64,000 nucleotides of DNA from a virus (lineage: Duplodnaviria; Caudoviricetes): the IMG/VR virus record IMGVR_UViG_3300032280_000651, positions 1 to 64,000 of that record. One strand, written 5' to 3'. Below the pieces are notes generated by a model. That model saw nothing but the letters and a program-made list of their open reading frames with translations. It ran no database searches and was not told where the DNA came from. Each line of letters begins with the position of its first letter. Positions within the stretch are counted from its first letter, which is position 1. Positions 38,638-49,340 of this stretch are shown piece by piece. A program made the position numbers and the translations under genes.

Positions 38638-39061
38638 TTTAGATGGACGTAATATTTATCTGGAGAATAGTACTAACTATATTCTAAGAGCCATTGAACT
38701 TGGATTCGATGTTGAGATAGATTTGTGGTATGAGAATAATAAGTTCTACCTAGGACATGATCTACCACAATACGAGATTGATATAGAATGGATAATAAGT
38801 CTAAAGAATAATCTATGGGTTCATTGTAAAAATATTAGTTGTATGGATAAACTATATGACACAGATATAAATTATTTTTGGCATGATAAAGATTTAACTA
38901 CAATTACCAGTAAAGGATATTTCTGGTCACAACCAGATATATTCCTAAAAAATGGAATAACGGTAAATGTAGATTATAAAGAGATAACAGAAGATATTCT
39001 CGGTATATGTTCAGATTACGTAATTGAATTTAAAAAATACTACAATAAAAATAATAAATAA
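38612..39061 (+). CDS. Glycerophosphodiester-phosphodiesterase-like protein
   Basis: ISHRGN, GFDVEIDLW, LGHD, WVHCKN. Confidence 0.7.
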   Translation: MRIISHRGNLDGRNIYLENSTNYILRAIELGFDVEIDLWYENNKFYLGHDLPQYEIDIEWIISLKNNLWVHCKNISCMDKLYDTDINYFWHDKDLTTITSKGYFWSQPDIFLKNGITVNVDYKEITEDILGICSDYVIEFKKYYNKNNK

Positions 39062-39065
39062 ATAA

Positions 39066-40124
39066 ATGAAATATAAAGTATTATTTATACACGCAAATAA
39101 CTCCTTAGCTCTTTTTAAAGAAAAAGTAGAGAAAACCACCACCGATAGACAGGAATCAAATGATTATTTAACTGATGCAATTTATTTAGAATTAAAAGGT
39201 AGAAGTGACTTTGATGTATATGATTGTCCTGCCATGTTACATATGTATTCAGAATCCATAACCGATATAAATAATATAACGGGATTCGGATTTGCACTCA
39301 GAAAAAAGTTGAAAGGTGAACCAAATTCTCTAAACTTAGAGGAAACTATTTCAAAAATAGAAGATAACTTTTTTGACTTAATAATCACCGACTCTAGAAC
39401 AATGAATCAATGGTGGTCTGATAGAGGACTATCACCATTTTATGAACATGCTAAGATACTTAAAGATAATATACTTAGATATTATCCAAAAAATAAAATT
39501 ATACTTTTAGATGGAGAAGATCAACCAGAATCAATCTTATCAGATTTTTATGGTAAATGTTTATACTTTAAAAGAGAGTTGAGATATAATGACGATAATC
39601 TAATCCCAATTGGATATTGTTTTCCTCAACAATATTTTAGAAAATCAACAATTGAAGATAAGATTAGGTCAGTTGCTACTTGTCGACCTTGGGAAAAAAA
39701 CACATATATTTTTAATAATGAGAATGACTTCTATGAGGATTATAGAACTTCTTTCTTCGGATTAACTTGTAAAAAATTAGGATGGGATTGTTTTAGACAT
39801 CACGAAATTATATTCTCATCTTGTTTACCAATATTTCCTGATGTTGATAATTGTCCTGTATATACAATGACTCAGTATCCTAAGGATATATGTAAAAAGA
39901 TTTTAAAAATGGATGTATTAAAGGATATAAATTTCTCCAAGAATTGGATATCATACCCACCAGATTTTGTAGATGGATTATATAAGTATAATCTACCACA
40001 TATTGATGTTGATAGAATTAACATCAACCAATATCAAGAATTACTTGATGAGATTCTAGAATTCTCATTTAATAATAACTCATCAAAAAAAGTTGTTGAT
40101 TATATACTAAATTTTACAAAATAA
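39066..40124 (+). CDS. Putative glycosyltransferase
   Basis: LDGED, YFKRE, GWDCFRHHEI. Confidence 0.55.
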   Translation: MKYKVLFIHANNSLALFKEKVEKTTTDRQESNDYLTDAIYLELKGRSDFDVYDCPAMLHMYSESITDINNITGFGFALRKKLKGEPNSLNLEETISKIEDNFFDLIITDSRTMNQWWSDRGLSPFYEHAKILKDNILRYYPKNKIILLDGEDQPESILSDFYGKCLYFKRELRYNDDNLIPIGYCFPQQYFRKSTIEDKIRSVATCRPWEKNTYIFNNENDFYEDYRTSFFGLTCKKLGWDCFRHHEIIFSSCLPIFPDVDNCPVYTMTQYPKDICKKILKMDVLKDINFSKNWISYPPDFVDGLYKYNLPHIDVDRININQYQELLDEILEFSFNNNSSKKVVDYILNFTK

Positions 40125-40125
40125 A

Positions 40126-40704
40126 ATGAATTTTAAAAACCTAATAAGGAACATTGATAACGGATACTTTATACAGATAGGAGCATATGATGGTGTATCA
40201 AATGATGAATTTGGATTAAAAGATAAACTATTTAATGAATCACATACCACAATATTAGTAGAGCCAATACCCGAATACTTTGATAACCTGGTTGAAAACT
40301 ATAAAACATCAAAATCAAAAGTATATTTTGAAAATATTGCAATAAGTGATAAAAAAGAAATTAAAAAAATACAACTTAACGGTCAAGATACATCCTTTGT
40401 TAGAAAATTTGATAGTGATGTTGACTTACTTGATGTTAATTGTGAGCCATTTAGTTATTTAGTAGATAAATATAAAATTACAAAAGTAGATGCTTTAGTA
40501 ATAGATACAGAAGCATATGAACTAGTAGTAATAGAATCTGTAATCTCAGCTAATATAGATATTGATATTATCAGATATGAATTTGTACACCTTAGTGATA
40601 CCGATTTAGATAAATTAGAAAAGATTCTGATAGAAAATGGATATGACATTTTTCAAGATGAAACAAGTTATGCAGATAAGATTGCAATAAAAAAAATTAA
40701 ATAA
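40126..40704 (+). CDS. FkbM family methyltransferase
   Basis: QIGAYDG, VEP, IDTEAYE. Confidence 0.8.
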   Translation: MNFKNLIRNIDNGYFIQIGAYDGVSNDEFGLKDKLFNESHTTILVEPIPEYFDNLVENYKTSKSKVYFENIAISDKKEIKKIQLNGQDTSFVRKFDSDVDLLDVNCEPFSYLVDKYKITKVDALVIDTEAYELVVIESVISANIDIDIIRYEFVHLSDTDLDKLEKILIENGYDIFQDETSYADKIAIKKIK

Positions 40705-40707
40705 TAA

Positions 40708-41625
40708 ATGGAAACAAAAGATTTCTTATTCTTAAATTATAACTGGGTTAAGAACTCAACTTTTATATTTGAGAGTTTCAGAAAAAAAGGACATGAAATT
40801 GATATTATAGGTGAAGAGGAATTGCGAGATTTCAAGCCTGAATATAAATATAAAAATGTCGTACTATACCTACATGAGGATTGGAGTATTCCTATAACAA
40901 ATCATATAATAGATAATTATTGTCAGGATAGTTTTTTAATACAACATGATGATACCGATTTTGAAAATTTACAAAAATGGTCAAATAGAACACCTGATCT
41001 TTTTATGCAAAGAGAATATACTAATAACACTGACTTAAATAATGTTTACTTTGGATATAATAGAAATGGTATTAGAATAGAACAAAAACCAGTAAAACCA
41101 TTTCATTTTCCTATAGAAAGTATGTATGATGAGTCTTTACAGGATAAGAAGTGGGATATATGTTTCTTGGGAAGACCAACTAATCATAGAAGACAACTTT
41201 TTATAAATAAAATAAATGAACTCGCAAATGGTAAATTAAGTCATTTAAAATGGTTCATTAAATATGAATATGTTCAAACACCAGAACTTTATAAGGAAAT
41301 AATAAATGGATCAAAGATAGGTCTCAACTCACCTGGTAATAGTTATGATAGTTGGAGAAACTGGGAATTGGCATCCGCTAAATCTTGTATTATTCAACCA
41401 AAATTAAAAGTTAAGTCTTGTGATGAAGATTATATGCCATTCAGTGATTATATTGAGTTAAGTGAAGACTATTCTGACTTAGAAGAGAAGATATTATATG
41501 CTTTAGATAATGATCGATATAAAGATATTGCACAAAGAGCATATGATAACTATAATAGTAATCACACACCAGACAAATGTTTTGAGTATTATTATGAGAC
41601 TATAATGAAATATACAAATAAATAA
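40708..41625 (+). CDS. CgeB-like GT-B glycosyltransferase
   Basis: DICFLG; SKIGLN..G...RNWE. Confidence 0.65.
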   Translation: METKDFLFLNYNWVKNSTFIFESFRKKGHEIDIIGEEELRDFKPEYKYKNVVLYLHEDWSIPITNHIIDNYCQDSFLIQHDDTDFENLQKWSNRTPDLFMQREYTNNTDLNNVYFGYNRNGIRIEQKPVKPFHFPIESMYDESLQDKKWDICFLGRPTNHRRQLFINKINELANGKLSHLKWFIKYEYVQTPELYKEIINGSKIGLNSPGNSYDSWRNWELASAKSCIIQPKLKVKSCDEDYMPFSDYIELSEDYSDLEEKILYALDNDRYKDIAQRAYDNYNSNHTPDKCFEYYYETIMKYTNK

Positions 41626-42683
41626 TGAGATTCTTTAATATAGACCTACATATATCAGTTATTGCAGATATTAAAAAAATATTTGGTGATCTAGAACATA
41701 ATGTTGATAGTTGGTCACTTTCTGGTCATAACTGGATATTTAATAGAGAACCATCAAAGGTCGATATAGTAAACCAAAATACTTGGAGAAATCTAGACCA
41801 AGATATGTGTGATAGATTCTATGAAAGATATAAGGACGAATTATCAAAATATGATGGATTTATCTGTACATACCCACCTTCTTTCTCAATGATATATGAA
41901 AAATTTAAAAAACCTATTATAATTCAAGTACCGATAAGATACGAAGTTCCATTTCAAAGAAATTCACAAAAGTGGAATGAATTTAATGAGTATTTAAGAA
42001 ATGGTATAGATAGTGGTATGATTATTGCAGTTGCAAATTCAGAATATGATAAGAGATACTTTGAGTTTTTTGTAAAAAGAGAATGCAAACTAATACCTAG
42101 TATATGTGAATATAGTAATTCTGATTGGAATCCTATTATAGACAAATTTTTATATTCTAGTAGACTCCCTATTAATTTTGGTTCAGATAAAATTGTTGAT
42201 AAATCAAATCTAATTAAGTATGATTGGCAAGATATTGCAAATTATAAAGGTATTATTATAATACCTTATAATTGTTCGACTATGTCTATATTTGAATACT
42301 ATACTTCAAATATTCCAATATTTTGTCCATCAAAAAAATTAATGAAGGAGTTATATTCAAACTATAGTAATTATGTATTATCTGAATTAACTTGGAACCA
42401 AACTTTTGGATATGGACCTGGTTCTATAATAGAATGTGATAGAACAAACGATCCTAACGACTATTCAAATCTAAATATAATGAGTAATTGGATTGATTAT
42501 TCTGACTTTTATAATACAGAATGGATGCCACACATAGTATATTTTGACACTTTTGAAGAGTTACCATCAAAACTAACAATAGATTTAGCAGAAGTTAGTA
42601 AAAACATGAAAGAGTTTAATATAATTAGAAAAGATAAAATATACAAAGAATGGAATAAAATAATAAGTTGCATAAATGAATAA
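41625..42683 (+). CDS. Putative glycosyltransferase
   Basis: IPYNCSTMSIFEYY; located in the glycan cluster. Confidence 0.55.
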   Translation: MRFFNIDLHISVIADIKKIFGDLEHNVDSWSLSGHNWIFNREPSKVDIVNQNTWRNLDQDMCDRFYERYKDELSKYDGFICTYPPSFSMIYEKFKKPIIIQVPIRYEVPFQRNSQKWNEFNEYLRNGIDSGMIIAVANSEYDKRYFEFFVKRECKLIPSICEYSNSDWNPIIDKFLYSSRLPINFGSDKIVDKSNLIKYDWQDIANYKGIIIIPYNCSTMSIFEYYTSNIPIFCPSKKLMKELYSNYSNYVLSELTWNQTFGYGPGSIIECDRTNDPNDYSNLNIMSNWIDYSDFYNTEWMPHIVYFDTFEELPSKLTIDLAEVSKNMKEFNIIRKDKIYKEWNKIISCINE

Positions 42684-43461
42684 TTTAATAATAGGAAATA
42701 CATCACAATTATCATATTACTTTCCTGAGGACTACGAACGAATATCATCTAGAAATATTAACTATGATTATTTACTTAGTAAAGAATGGAATACAATATT
42801 TATATGTTTCGGAGAATCAAGAAAGTTTATTGGTGATATACAACTTCATGATGATATAAACTTCTATCTAACTATAGAAGTAATAAATAAACTAAAAAGT
42901 ATATCTGAACGAATAATTATCTATTCTACTTGTGAACTTTGGAATCAATATGATGGGCAAATAAATTTAAACTTAGACTTCAATTTCTATATAAGTTCAT
43001 ATACACAGTCAAAATATAAATTATCTAAATACATTTTGAATAATGTTGGATATGAAAATGTATTTATTATGTATCCATTCAATTTTAATTCTACCTATCG
43101 TAGTACAGAATTTTTATTTGGTAAAATATTTGATTCTATAATAAATAAGAAGAAAATAGAGATAGGTGATACTTATTTCTATAGAGATATTATACATCCA
43201 AAACATGTTGTTGAAGAATCAATATCTTCAAATGATCATAAAATAATAGGATCTGGAAGATTAACATTTGTTAATGACTTCATAAGAGATTTATATAAAA
43301 GTTATAATTTAAAATTTGAGGACTACGTTACTGAGGAAATTGGTAGTTATAACGAATATAGTAAAAGAAATGAATATTATTTAAAATCTAAGATATGTAA
43401 ATACTCATATGATAATTTATTAAAAGATACAATAAGTGATATTGAAAAAATAAAAAAATAA
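42676..43461 (+). CDS. NAD-dependent epimerase-like protein
   Basis: IIGNTSQLS; YTQSK; RDIIH. Confidence 0.65.
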   Translation: MNNLIIGNTSQLSYYFPEDYERISSRNINYDYLLSKEWNTIFICFGESRKFIGDIQLHDDINFYLTIEVINKLKSISERIIIYSTCELWNQYDGQINLNLDFNFYISSYTQSKYKLSKYILNNVGYENVFIMYPFNFNSTYRSTEFLFGKIFDSIINKKKIEIGDTYFYRDIIHPKHVVEESISSNDHKIIGSGRLTFVNDFIRDLYKSYNLKFEDYVTEEIGSYNEYSKRNEYYLKSKICKYSYDNLLKDTISDIEKIKK

Positions 43462-43462
43462 A

Positions 43463-43646
43463 ATGAGTGGACAAATAAACATTGGAACAGAATTAGGTAA
43501 TATTATCTATGAATAGTTTAGATGACTTAAAATATAAAATTAATAATACTAACTTTAAAGAAGTAAGTGAAAAAATGAGAACTCATAATATAGATAGAAA
43601 AGAATCTATATTAGAGAGCTGGAAAAAAATATTAGAAAATATATGA
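43463..43646 (+). pseudogene. Two overlapping gene fragments (17 aa + 45 aa)
   Basis: MSGQINIGTELGNIIYE* overlapped by MNSLDDL...RKESILESWKKILENI*, which resembles the C-terminus of 41625..42683. Confidence 0.5.
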
Positions 43647-44491
43647 AAATTTTAATAGCAGACGTATTATTGGCAGGAAGACCACACTCTGATTGGAAAG
43701 AAGGTTATGAGTTTTGTTATGCCTTTAGAAATTTAGGACATGAATGTGATGTTTATGGTCCTAATGGAGAAAATTCTGAAGTAGATATACCTAAAGTGGC
43801 CGATAATTATGATTTAATAATTATTACTGAAAACTATCCACAAGCGTCAGGATGGAAATGGTGGGATTGGGGTTCTATAAAAACACCGAAACTATTTTGG
43901 GCGATTGATACACATTTAGTAAACTTTTTACCTTGGTTACAAAATGCTGGTATAAACTATGTAGCCTTTAATAATCCTGATGATTTAGAAAGATATAAAC
44001 TAAATAATTCATTTTGGATGCCATATGGCTCCTCTAAAATACATCACATGGTAAAATATACTGATGAAAAAACTAGAGATCTAGTTTTTATCGGTGGTCT
44101 ACTACCAGAGAGAAAAAGAATATGTGACAAGTTTGGTATAGAATGTTTATCGGCATTTGGTATTGACTATGTTAAAGAAATGCAAGCATCTAAAATTTGT
44201 TTCAATCAATCAATGTCATATGATATAAACTCAAAATATTTTGAAATTATGTCAAGTGGTTCATTTATGTTGACAAATTATAATAAATATTTTCACGAAT
44301 TTTTAGACTTTAATGAGGATGTTGAGAAGATGTTTTATTATAATGATGATGATTTAGGAGAAAAGATAAACTACTATTTAAACAATCCTGAAGAAAGGGA
44401 AGAGATTGCAAAAAGAGTATATGACTTTATTTATGAAAATCATACTTATGAGAATAGAGCTAAACTAATACTTTCAAAATTGATAGTATAA
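43643..44491 (+). CDS. CgeB-like GT-B glycosyltransferase
   Basis: DLVFIG; SKICFN; KYFEIMSSG; HTYENR. Confidence 0.7.
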   Translation: MKILIADVLLAGRPHSDWKEGYEFCYAFRNLGHECDVYGPNGENSEVDIPKVADNYDLIIITENYPQASGWKWWDWGSIKTPKLFWAIDTHLVNFLPWLQNAGINYVAFNNPDDLERYKLNNSFWMPYGSSKIHHMVKYTDEKTRDLVFIGGLLPERKRICDKFGIECLSAFGIDYVKEMQASKICFNQSMSYDINSKYFEIMSSGSFMLTNYNKYFHEFLDFNEDVEKMFYYNDDDLGEKINYYLNNPEEREEIAKRVYDFIYENHTYENRAKLILSKLIV

Positions 44492-44512
44492 AAAATAAAA
44501 ATAAAAATAAAA

Positions 44513-45121
44513 ATGTATAAAAGTCAACAAAATGAAGATGAAGTATTATTTCAAAAATACTTAAACTATGAAAACGGTTTTTTTATAGAACTCGGTGCAA
44601 TGGATGGATTACTTTATTCAAACTCATACTTTTATGAAATGAACTTAAATTGGAAAGGTATTCTTATAGAACCAACGGATCTATATAACTCTCTAATTAT
44701 AAATAGACCCAATTGTTACAACTTTAATTATGCAATATCTGAGATTGAAGGAGAAGTAGAATTTATAGGTGGTGATGCTATCGGTGGAATGACACATACA
44801 ATGGATGATAAACATAGAAAAGGATGGGAGTTAGATAGGAATTCAACTTTTATGGTTAAATCTGTTCCTATATCAAAAATAGTAGACGAACTTAAAGTCG
44901 AAAAAGTTGATCTATTTTCAATAGATGTAGAAGGTGGTGAGTTAGAAGTTTTAAAAACTTTTAATTGGAATATACCGGTTTATATAGTTTTAATTGAGAT
45001 GGCAAAACATGATCTAGTAAAAGATGATGAATGTCGTGAATTTTTAATTAAAAAAGGATTTGGATTTGACATGGAAATAGGTTGTAATGAAGTTTGGATA
45101 AATAAAAATTTTATGAAATGA
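44513..45121 (+). CDS. FkbM family methyltransferase
   Basis: ELGAMDG, IEP, IDVEGGE. Confidence 0.85.
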   Translation: MYKSQQNEDEVLFQKYLNYENGFFIELGAMDGLLYSNSYFYEMNLNWKGILIEPTDLYNSLIINRPNCYNFNYAISEIEGEVEFIGGDAIGGMTHTMDDKHRKGWELDRNSTFMVKSVPISKIVDELKVEKVDLFSIDVEGGELEVLKTFNWNIPVYIVLIEMAKHDLVKDDECREFLIKKGFGFDMEIGCNEVWINKNFMK

Positions 45122-45318
45122 AAAAAATCGGTGCAGGTGGTGAGATTTATGATCAACCTTTAGGAAAATCATACGGTATTGATATAGAAGCTAAAATGAC
45201 ACAAATGTTAGCTGATGAACTATCAAAATCAATAGATACTCAAATACTAAATGAACTTTTTAGTAAAAGAAATAAAAGAAAAATAAAGATTGAAAATATA
45301 CTTAAATCTTTTGTATAA
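45118..45318 (+). CDS. Hypothetical protein
   Basis: 66 aa; C-terminal RKIKIENIL. Confidence 0.55.
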   Translation: MKKIGAGGEIYDQPLGKSYGIDIEAKMTQMLADELSKSIDTQILNELFSKRNKRKIKIENILKSFV

Positions 45319-45901
45319 TCTGTGGAACATTACCTAATTCAAGTACTTTACTTTGATTAAGTAAGAACTCAATATCATAAAAGTTAAAATGGAAGGTTAT
45401 CGTAAATTCTTTTGCGTTAACCTTTTGTTGTGAATAGTTGAAAGTATTATCAGATAAAGATTTTAAAATAATCTCATAAAATCTTATAACATAAATTGCA
45501 TCTCTATGTATATCAACACAAGCAATTGTAAATGGTTCTAGAAAAGCATTCTCTACATCTAAATAATGTTTACTAATAATATCAAACATCAACCAATAAT
45601 TTAAGTCAGAATCAACCGATCTAAATGTAACTGTTAAATCATGTGTAGTTGTTATATCTTGAATATTCTTGGCAGGTTTTAAGAATCTTTCCTTACCTCT
45701 AACTTCAATACGTTTTACTAAATCAAAAGATATACCAGGGAAATTTACACCCTTAATAGTAGAGTTTAAATAATCAATTACATTCTCATATTGAACCCAG
45801 TTCTTCTCAAGAATTGGTGTATAAGTATCTATAACCTCAGGTTTTAAAAAAGCTTGAGGTAGATTGAATATAAACTGACTGGCCTGACTGGATAATCTCA
45901 T
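45302..45901 (-). CDS. Tail tube / baseplate tube-initiator-like protein (T4 gp54/gp19 fold)
   Basis: TIKGVNFPGISF...LTVTFRSVDSDLNYW...FTITFHF. Confidence 0.5.
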   Translation of the reverse strand: MRLSSQASQFIFNLPQAFLKPEVIDTYTPILEKNWVQYENVIDYLNSTIKGVNFPGISFDLVKRIEVRGKERFLKPAKNIQDITTTHDLTVTFRSVDSDLNYWLMFDIISKHYLDVENAFLEPFTIACVDIHRDAIYVIRFYEIILKSLSDNTFNYSQQKVNAKEFTITFHFNFYDIEFLLNQSKVLELGNVPQIIQKI

Positions 45902-45911
45902 ATTTTACTTA

Positions 45912-47786
45912 TTAGTTTGTTGCTCCTGGTTTTGGAGTAGGTACTTGTTCATTTATTAGTTTTCTTGTTACAATCGCAGTTTCCTTAGTTGTGTTAGGAT
46001 CTAATATAATACTTGGATTAACTGTTGCCGCAAATGCCGCTTGATCATTTAAAGCAGATACATTCGATTTACTGTCATATATTTTAAATAATCCTGTATA
46101 GATTACTGACGTGGTAGATTGGCTCTTACCTGTAATATAAAACACATTTACACCAGAATCATATATCTTTTTGATCTCGTTAAATCTATTTTGATTTACT
46201 TTGAATACTACTTGACCAATTGCTAAATTTATATCACCTGATTCCGTAAATAATGGAAATGTAATTTGATTTTGATCATTTTTAATAACAAAACTAATCT
46301 CACTAATACCAGTTAAGTTAAAGTATTCTGGTTTACTATCTGGTCCAGTTGCAATATAAAACTTAACAACATTATCAAATGGATATAAAAGTATTTGAAT
46401 TTTACCAAATCCATAGAACATAGTATTATTAAAAAGTGCATTGTCAGACTTAGCAATAATATTGAATCTATCAACTAATACTGGAAAAGGAACTTTAACA
46501 GTCTCAACTATTACACCACCTTGTGATGTTAGATTATTCATACCTTGTGTATTACCATTACCACCATTTAATCCATTTCCATTTATACCACCTAAAACTA
46601 ATGAACCATTTGTGTTTCCTAAACCACCAATTAATGCAGTATTAATAGATGTTTTAATGTTATAAATCTTAGGATTGGCCACATTTTTAACATTTATCTT
46701 CATCATATTCAATGAATACTTTGATAATTGATCCTGTAGCATACCATAAGAAGCTTTTCTAATAATAGTAGTTTCATCAACTGAATCAATCAATCTCATT
46801 TCAACATCAATGATAGCAGTAGTTGTAGAATATTTTATAATAGGTCTGTATTCAATAGTTTCATTGAAGTTATCTGTTACCGTAATTGTAATAGTTTTTC
46901 CACGAATATTTTGTTCATAAGTTGTAATATCATATTGTACATAGTAATTTCTATCTAAAGTATATGAATCATCTATAAACTTTTTAAATCCAAAAATTGT
47001 ATCATTATAAGTACCATATATCTCAAAGAAATCTCCATTTGATGAATGTTGAATAACTAAACCTAATTTTTCAAATTCTGGAGTTTGTGGTATTGTAGTT
47101 GTATTTGCAGCAGTTAGTAAATAAGTAGTTACACTATTAACTGTTTGTATATTAGTTATAAAGTGAAAATCTATAAATACTGGTGCAGTTGTACTTAAAC
47201 CAACATTATTAGTTAAGTTGTAGTTAACACTATTTTCTTTTGGTGCGCCATTAAGAATTTGTGATGATATTTCACTTAAAGCAGGAATATCAACTGATAT
47301 GTTTTTACCCCATAACTTTTCTTGAAATAATAGTGGTGGTGAAGTAAAGTTCAACAAATATTGTTGACTAATACTTGTCATATCAAAGTAAAAGTTTGAT
47401 AGTTCATAACTCTTAGTATTAGTATAATCATAAGCATAAACTCTTATATGAAATCCTAAATACTCACCAAATATCCAATTTATAGGTACGTGTATTCTTA
47501 AAGTATCATGTCTTAATGGATTACCAGCAGAATAATTTTTAATTTGTAGAAATGAATATTTTGTAGTATCTACTTTACCAAATTTAGTAGATAAACTATC
47601 TAATTTGAATAATTGATTACCAATTATATTACCAGTCATACTGCTTTCACCAGCAATATAGGAATTACCCCTTGATTTAGAATTAACTAAAATATTATAG
47701 GAATCTGCAATAAGATTACCATCATCGTAAATATACTCTAAAAGAATATTTTTATCAAGCTTTATATACTTAGAAATTTTAGACAT
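45912..47786 (-). CDS. Probable virion structural protein
   Basis: 624 aa, beta-rich, TATATA motif upstream, next to the tube-like gene. Confidence 0.55.
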   Translation of the reverse strand: MSKISKYIKLDKNILLEYIYDDGNLIADSYNILVNSKSRGNSYIAGESSMTGNIIGNQLFKLDSLSTKFGKVDTTKYSFLQIKNYSAGNPLRHDTLRIHVPINWIFGEYLGFHIRVYAYDYTNTKSYELSNFYFDMTSISQQYLLNFTSPPLLFQEKLWGKNISVDIPALSEISSQILNGAPKENSVNYNLTNNVGLSTTAPVFIDFHFITNIQTVNSVTTYLLTAANTTTIPQTPEFEKLGLVIQHSSNGDFFEIYGTYNDTIFGFKKFIDDSYTLDRNYYVQYDITTYEQNIRGKTITITVTDNFNETIEYRPIIKYSTTTAIIDVEMRLIDSVDETTIIRKASYGMLQDQLSKYSLNMMKINVKNVANPKIYNIKTSINTALIGGLGNTNGSLVLGGINGNGLNGGNGNTQGMNNLTSQGGVIVETVKVPFPVLVDRFNIIAKSDNALFNNTMFYGFGKIQILLYPFDNVVKFYIATGPDSKPEYFNLTGISEISFVIKNDQNQITFPLFTESGDINLAIGQVVFKVNQNRFNEIKKIYDSGVNVFYITGKSQSTTSVIYTGLFKIYDSKSNVSALNDQAAFAATVNPSIILDPNTTKETAIVTRKLINEQVPTPKPGATN

Positions 47787-47832
47787 TTGTTGTAAAACAA
47801 TTTTAAGATATATATAAAAAAAAAGAACCTTC

Positions 47833-48246
47833 TTATTGAAGGTTCTCTTTAATTAATCTATTCTGAACAGATGTTATTATTTGTTCATCTGTTAAGTCAA
47901 AATGTTTTTCTTTTATTTGTCTATACAGTTCTTGTTCTTCTAAAGCTAGTTTCTCAATCTCTTTATTTAAAGGATCTACAGAACTTTCTAATGCCTTTCC
48001 ATCTTCTTCAACCTCATTTAGAATCTTAACTAACTCTATTAAAAATTGATTAGAATCTTTCTTACCACTCTTATCATTTTTACTTTCTTCAACCTGATGT
48101 TGAAGATCATCTATTTTAGAAATAGTTGCTTCAAGTTTATCAGATACTTCCTGAGCTTTCTTTTGATAAAGTTCCATATTATTTGATAACTTTAAATAAG
48201 TTCTTCTAATTCTTACTGCATTTTGTAAGTAAATCTCATCAACCAT
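47833..48246 (-). CDS. Coiled-coil hypothetical protein
   Basis: Heptad-rich, 137 aa. Confidence 0.6.
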   Translation of the reverse strand: MVDEIYLQNAVRIRRTYLKLSNNMELYQKKAQEVSDKLEATISKIDDLQHQVEESKNDKSGKKDSNQFLIELVKILNEVEEDGKALESSVDPLNKEIEKLALEEQELYRQIKEKHFDLTDEQIITSVQNRLIKENLQ

Positions 48247-49214
48247 TATTTTACCATTTCTTTTTTAACACGTGGCTTACGTGGTGCTCTTGTTTTAGTA
48301 GTCTTAACAGGATCCTCACCTTCTTTTATTACTTGTGATGATGGTGGTGTTGGTTTCTGTGTTACCGAATCCGTTATTTGATCATTTATTGGTTTTGGAA
48401 ATGATTCAACTTTATCCTTACCATAAACCAATGTATTGATTTTACTTTTAATCATACTTCTAATCACTTCTGGATTTTTCAAAAGTTCATTAGTAAATTC
48501 ATCTGCTAAGAAATCAATAATACTTGTCTCATAGGAATCTTCCATCATTTCGATAAAATCTAAACGAGGAATTTTATTTTTAATATCCAAATTGATATTA
48601 AACTCAACAATTCTTTTTACTCCTTTAAACATTTTTATAATAGGATCTTCTACCTCTACTCTTTGAACTGGTTGAACATACTCTCTATTAACTTCTTCTA
48701 ACGGTTCTCTATTTACTTCAACTCTTGTTACTTGCTCTTGAACCGGTTGTTGATATTGAGGAACTTGTGGTAATTCATCTTGTGAATCTTCTCCTAATAT
48801 TTTAGCAAACGCTTCATTTTGTCTTTGTAATGATTCTACTGGTGGACTAACAATACCATACTTAGCAGCTAATGCTGCTTTTTCATCTTCTTCTGTTGTC
48901 ATTGAAACAATAGATTCTTCAACACCTCTTGGTATATCAATTCTTTCAACACCAGCAACATTTACTTCACCAGAATCATCAACGATTTGATCAGTTGGTA
49001 TATTTTTAATCTTTTCTGCTAATATATTATAAGCACCTTGATTATTAAAGAAACTTAATGGATCAATTTCTTCTGTGTATAGTGCTGGATTCATAAGAGC
49101 ATTTACATTTACTTTTTGTTTATTCTCCAAAATTGCAATGTTCTCAAATGAATCAATAACGGTTACTATTTCACCTGTTAAGTTGTTTTTAAAACTTTTA
49201 TTTGCTAAACTCAT
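48246..49214 (-). CDS. Hypothetical protein
   Basis: 322 aa ORF. Confidence 0.65.
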   Translation of the reverse strand: MSLANKSFKNNLTGEIVTVIDSFENIAILENKQKVNVNALMNPALYTEEIDPLSFFNNQGAYNILAEKIKNIPTDQIVDDSGEVNVAGVERIDIPRGVEESIVSMTTEEDEKAALAAKYGIVSPPVESLQRQNEAFAKILGEDSQDELPQVPQYQQPVQEQVTRVEVNREPLEEVNREYVQPVQRVEVEDPIIKMFKGVKRIVEFNINLDIKNKIPRLDFIEMMEDSYETSIIDFLADEFTNELLKNPEVIRSMIKSKINTLVYGKDKVESFPKPINDQITDSVTQKPTPPSSQVIKEGEDPVKTTKTRAPRKPRVKKEMVK

Positions 49215-49340
49215 AGTTTATTTATATTTTTTTTCAGTGTTCCTTAATAGATTATATTAAATAATTATCAAAAGTTCATACTATATTAAATAAAAAATCC
49301 CTAAATTATTAGGGATTTTTATTTATTCTAAGAGTAAATC

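Noticed and set aside
43463-43646. Programmed frameshift joining the two fragments
   Set aside because: No slippery heptamer, and the joined product would be only about 60 aa of two apparently unrelated termini
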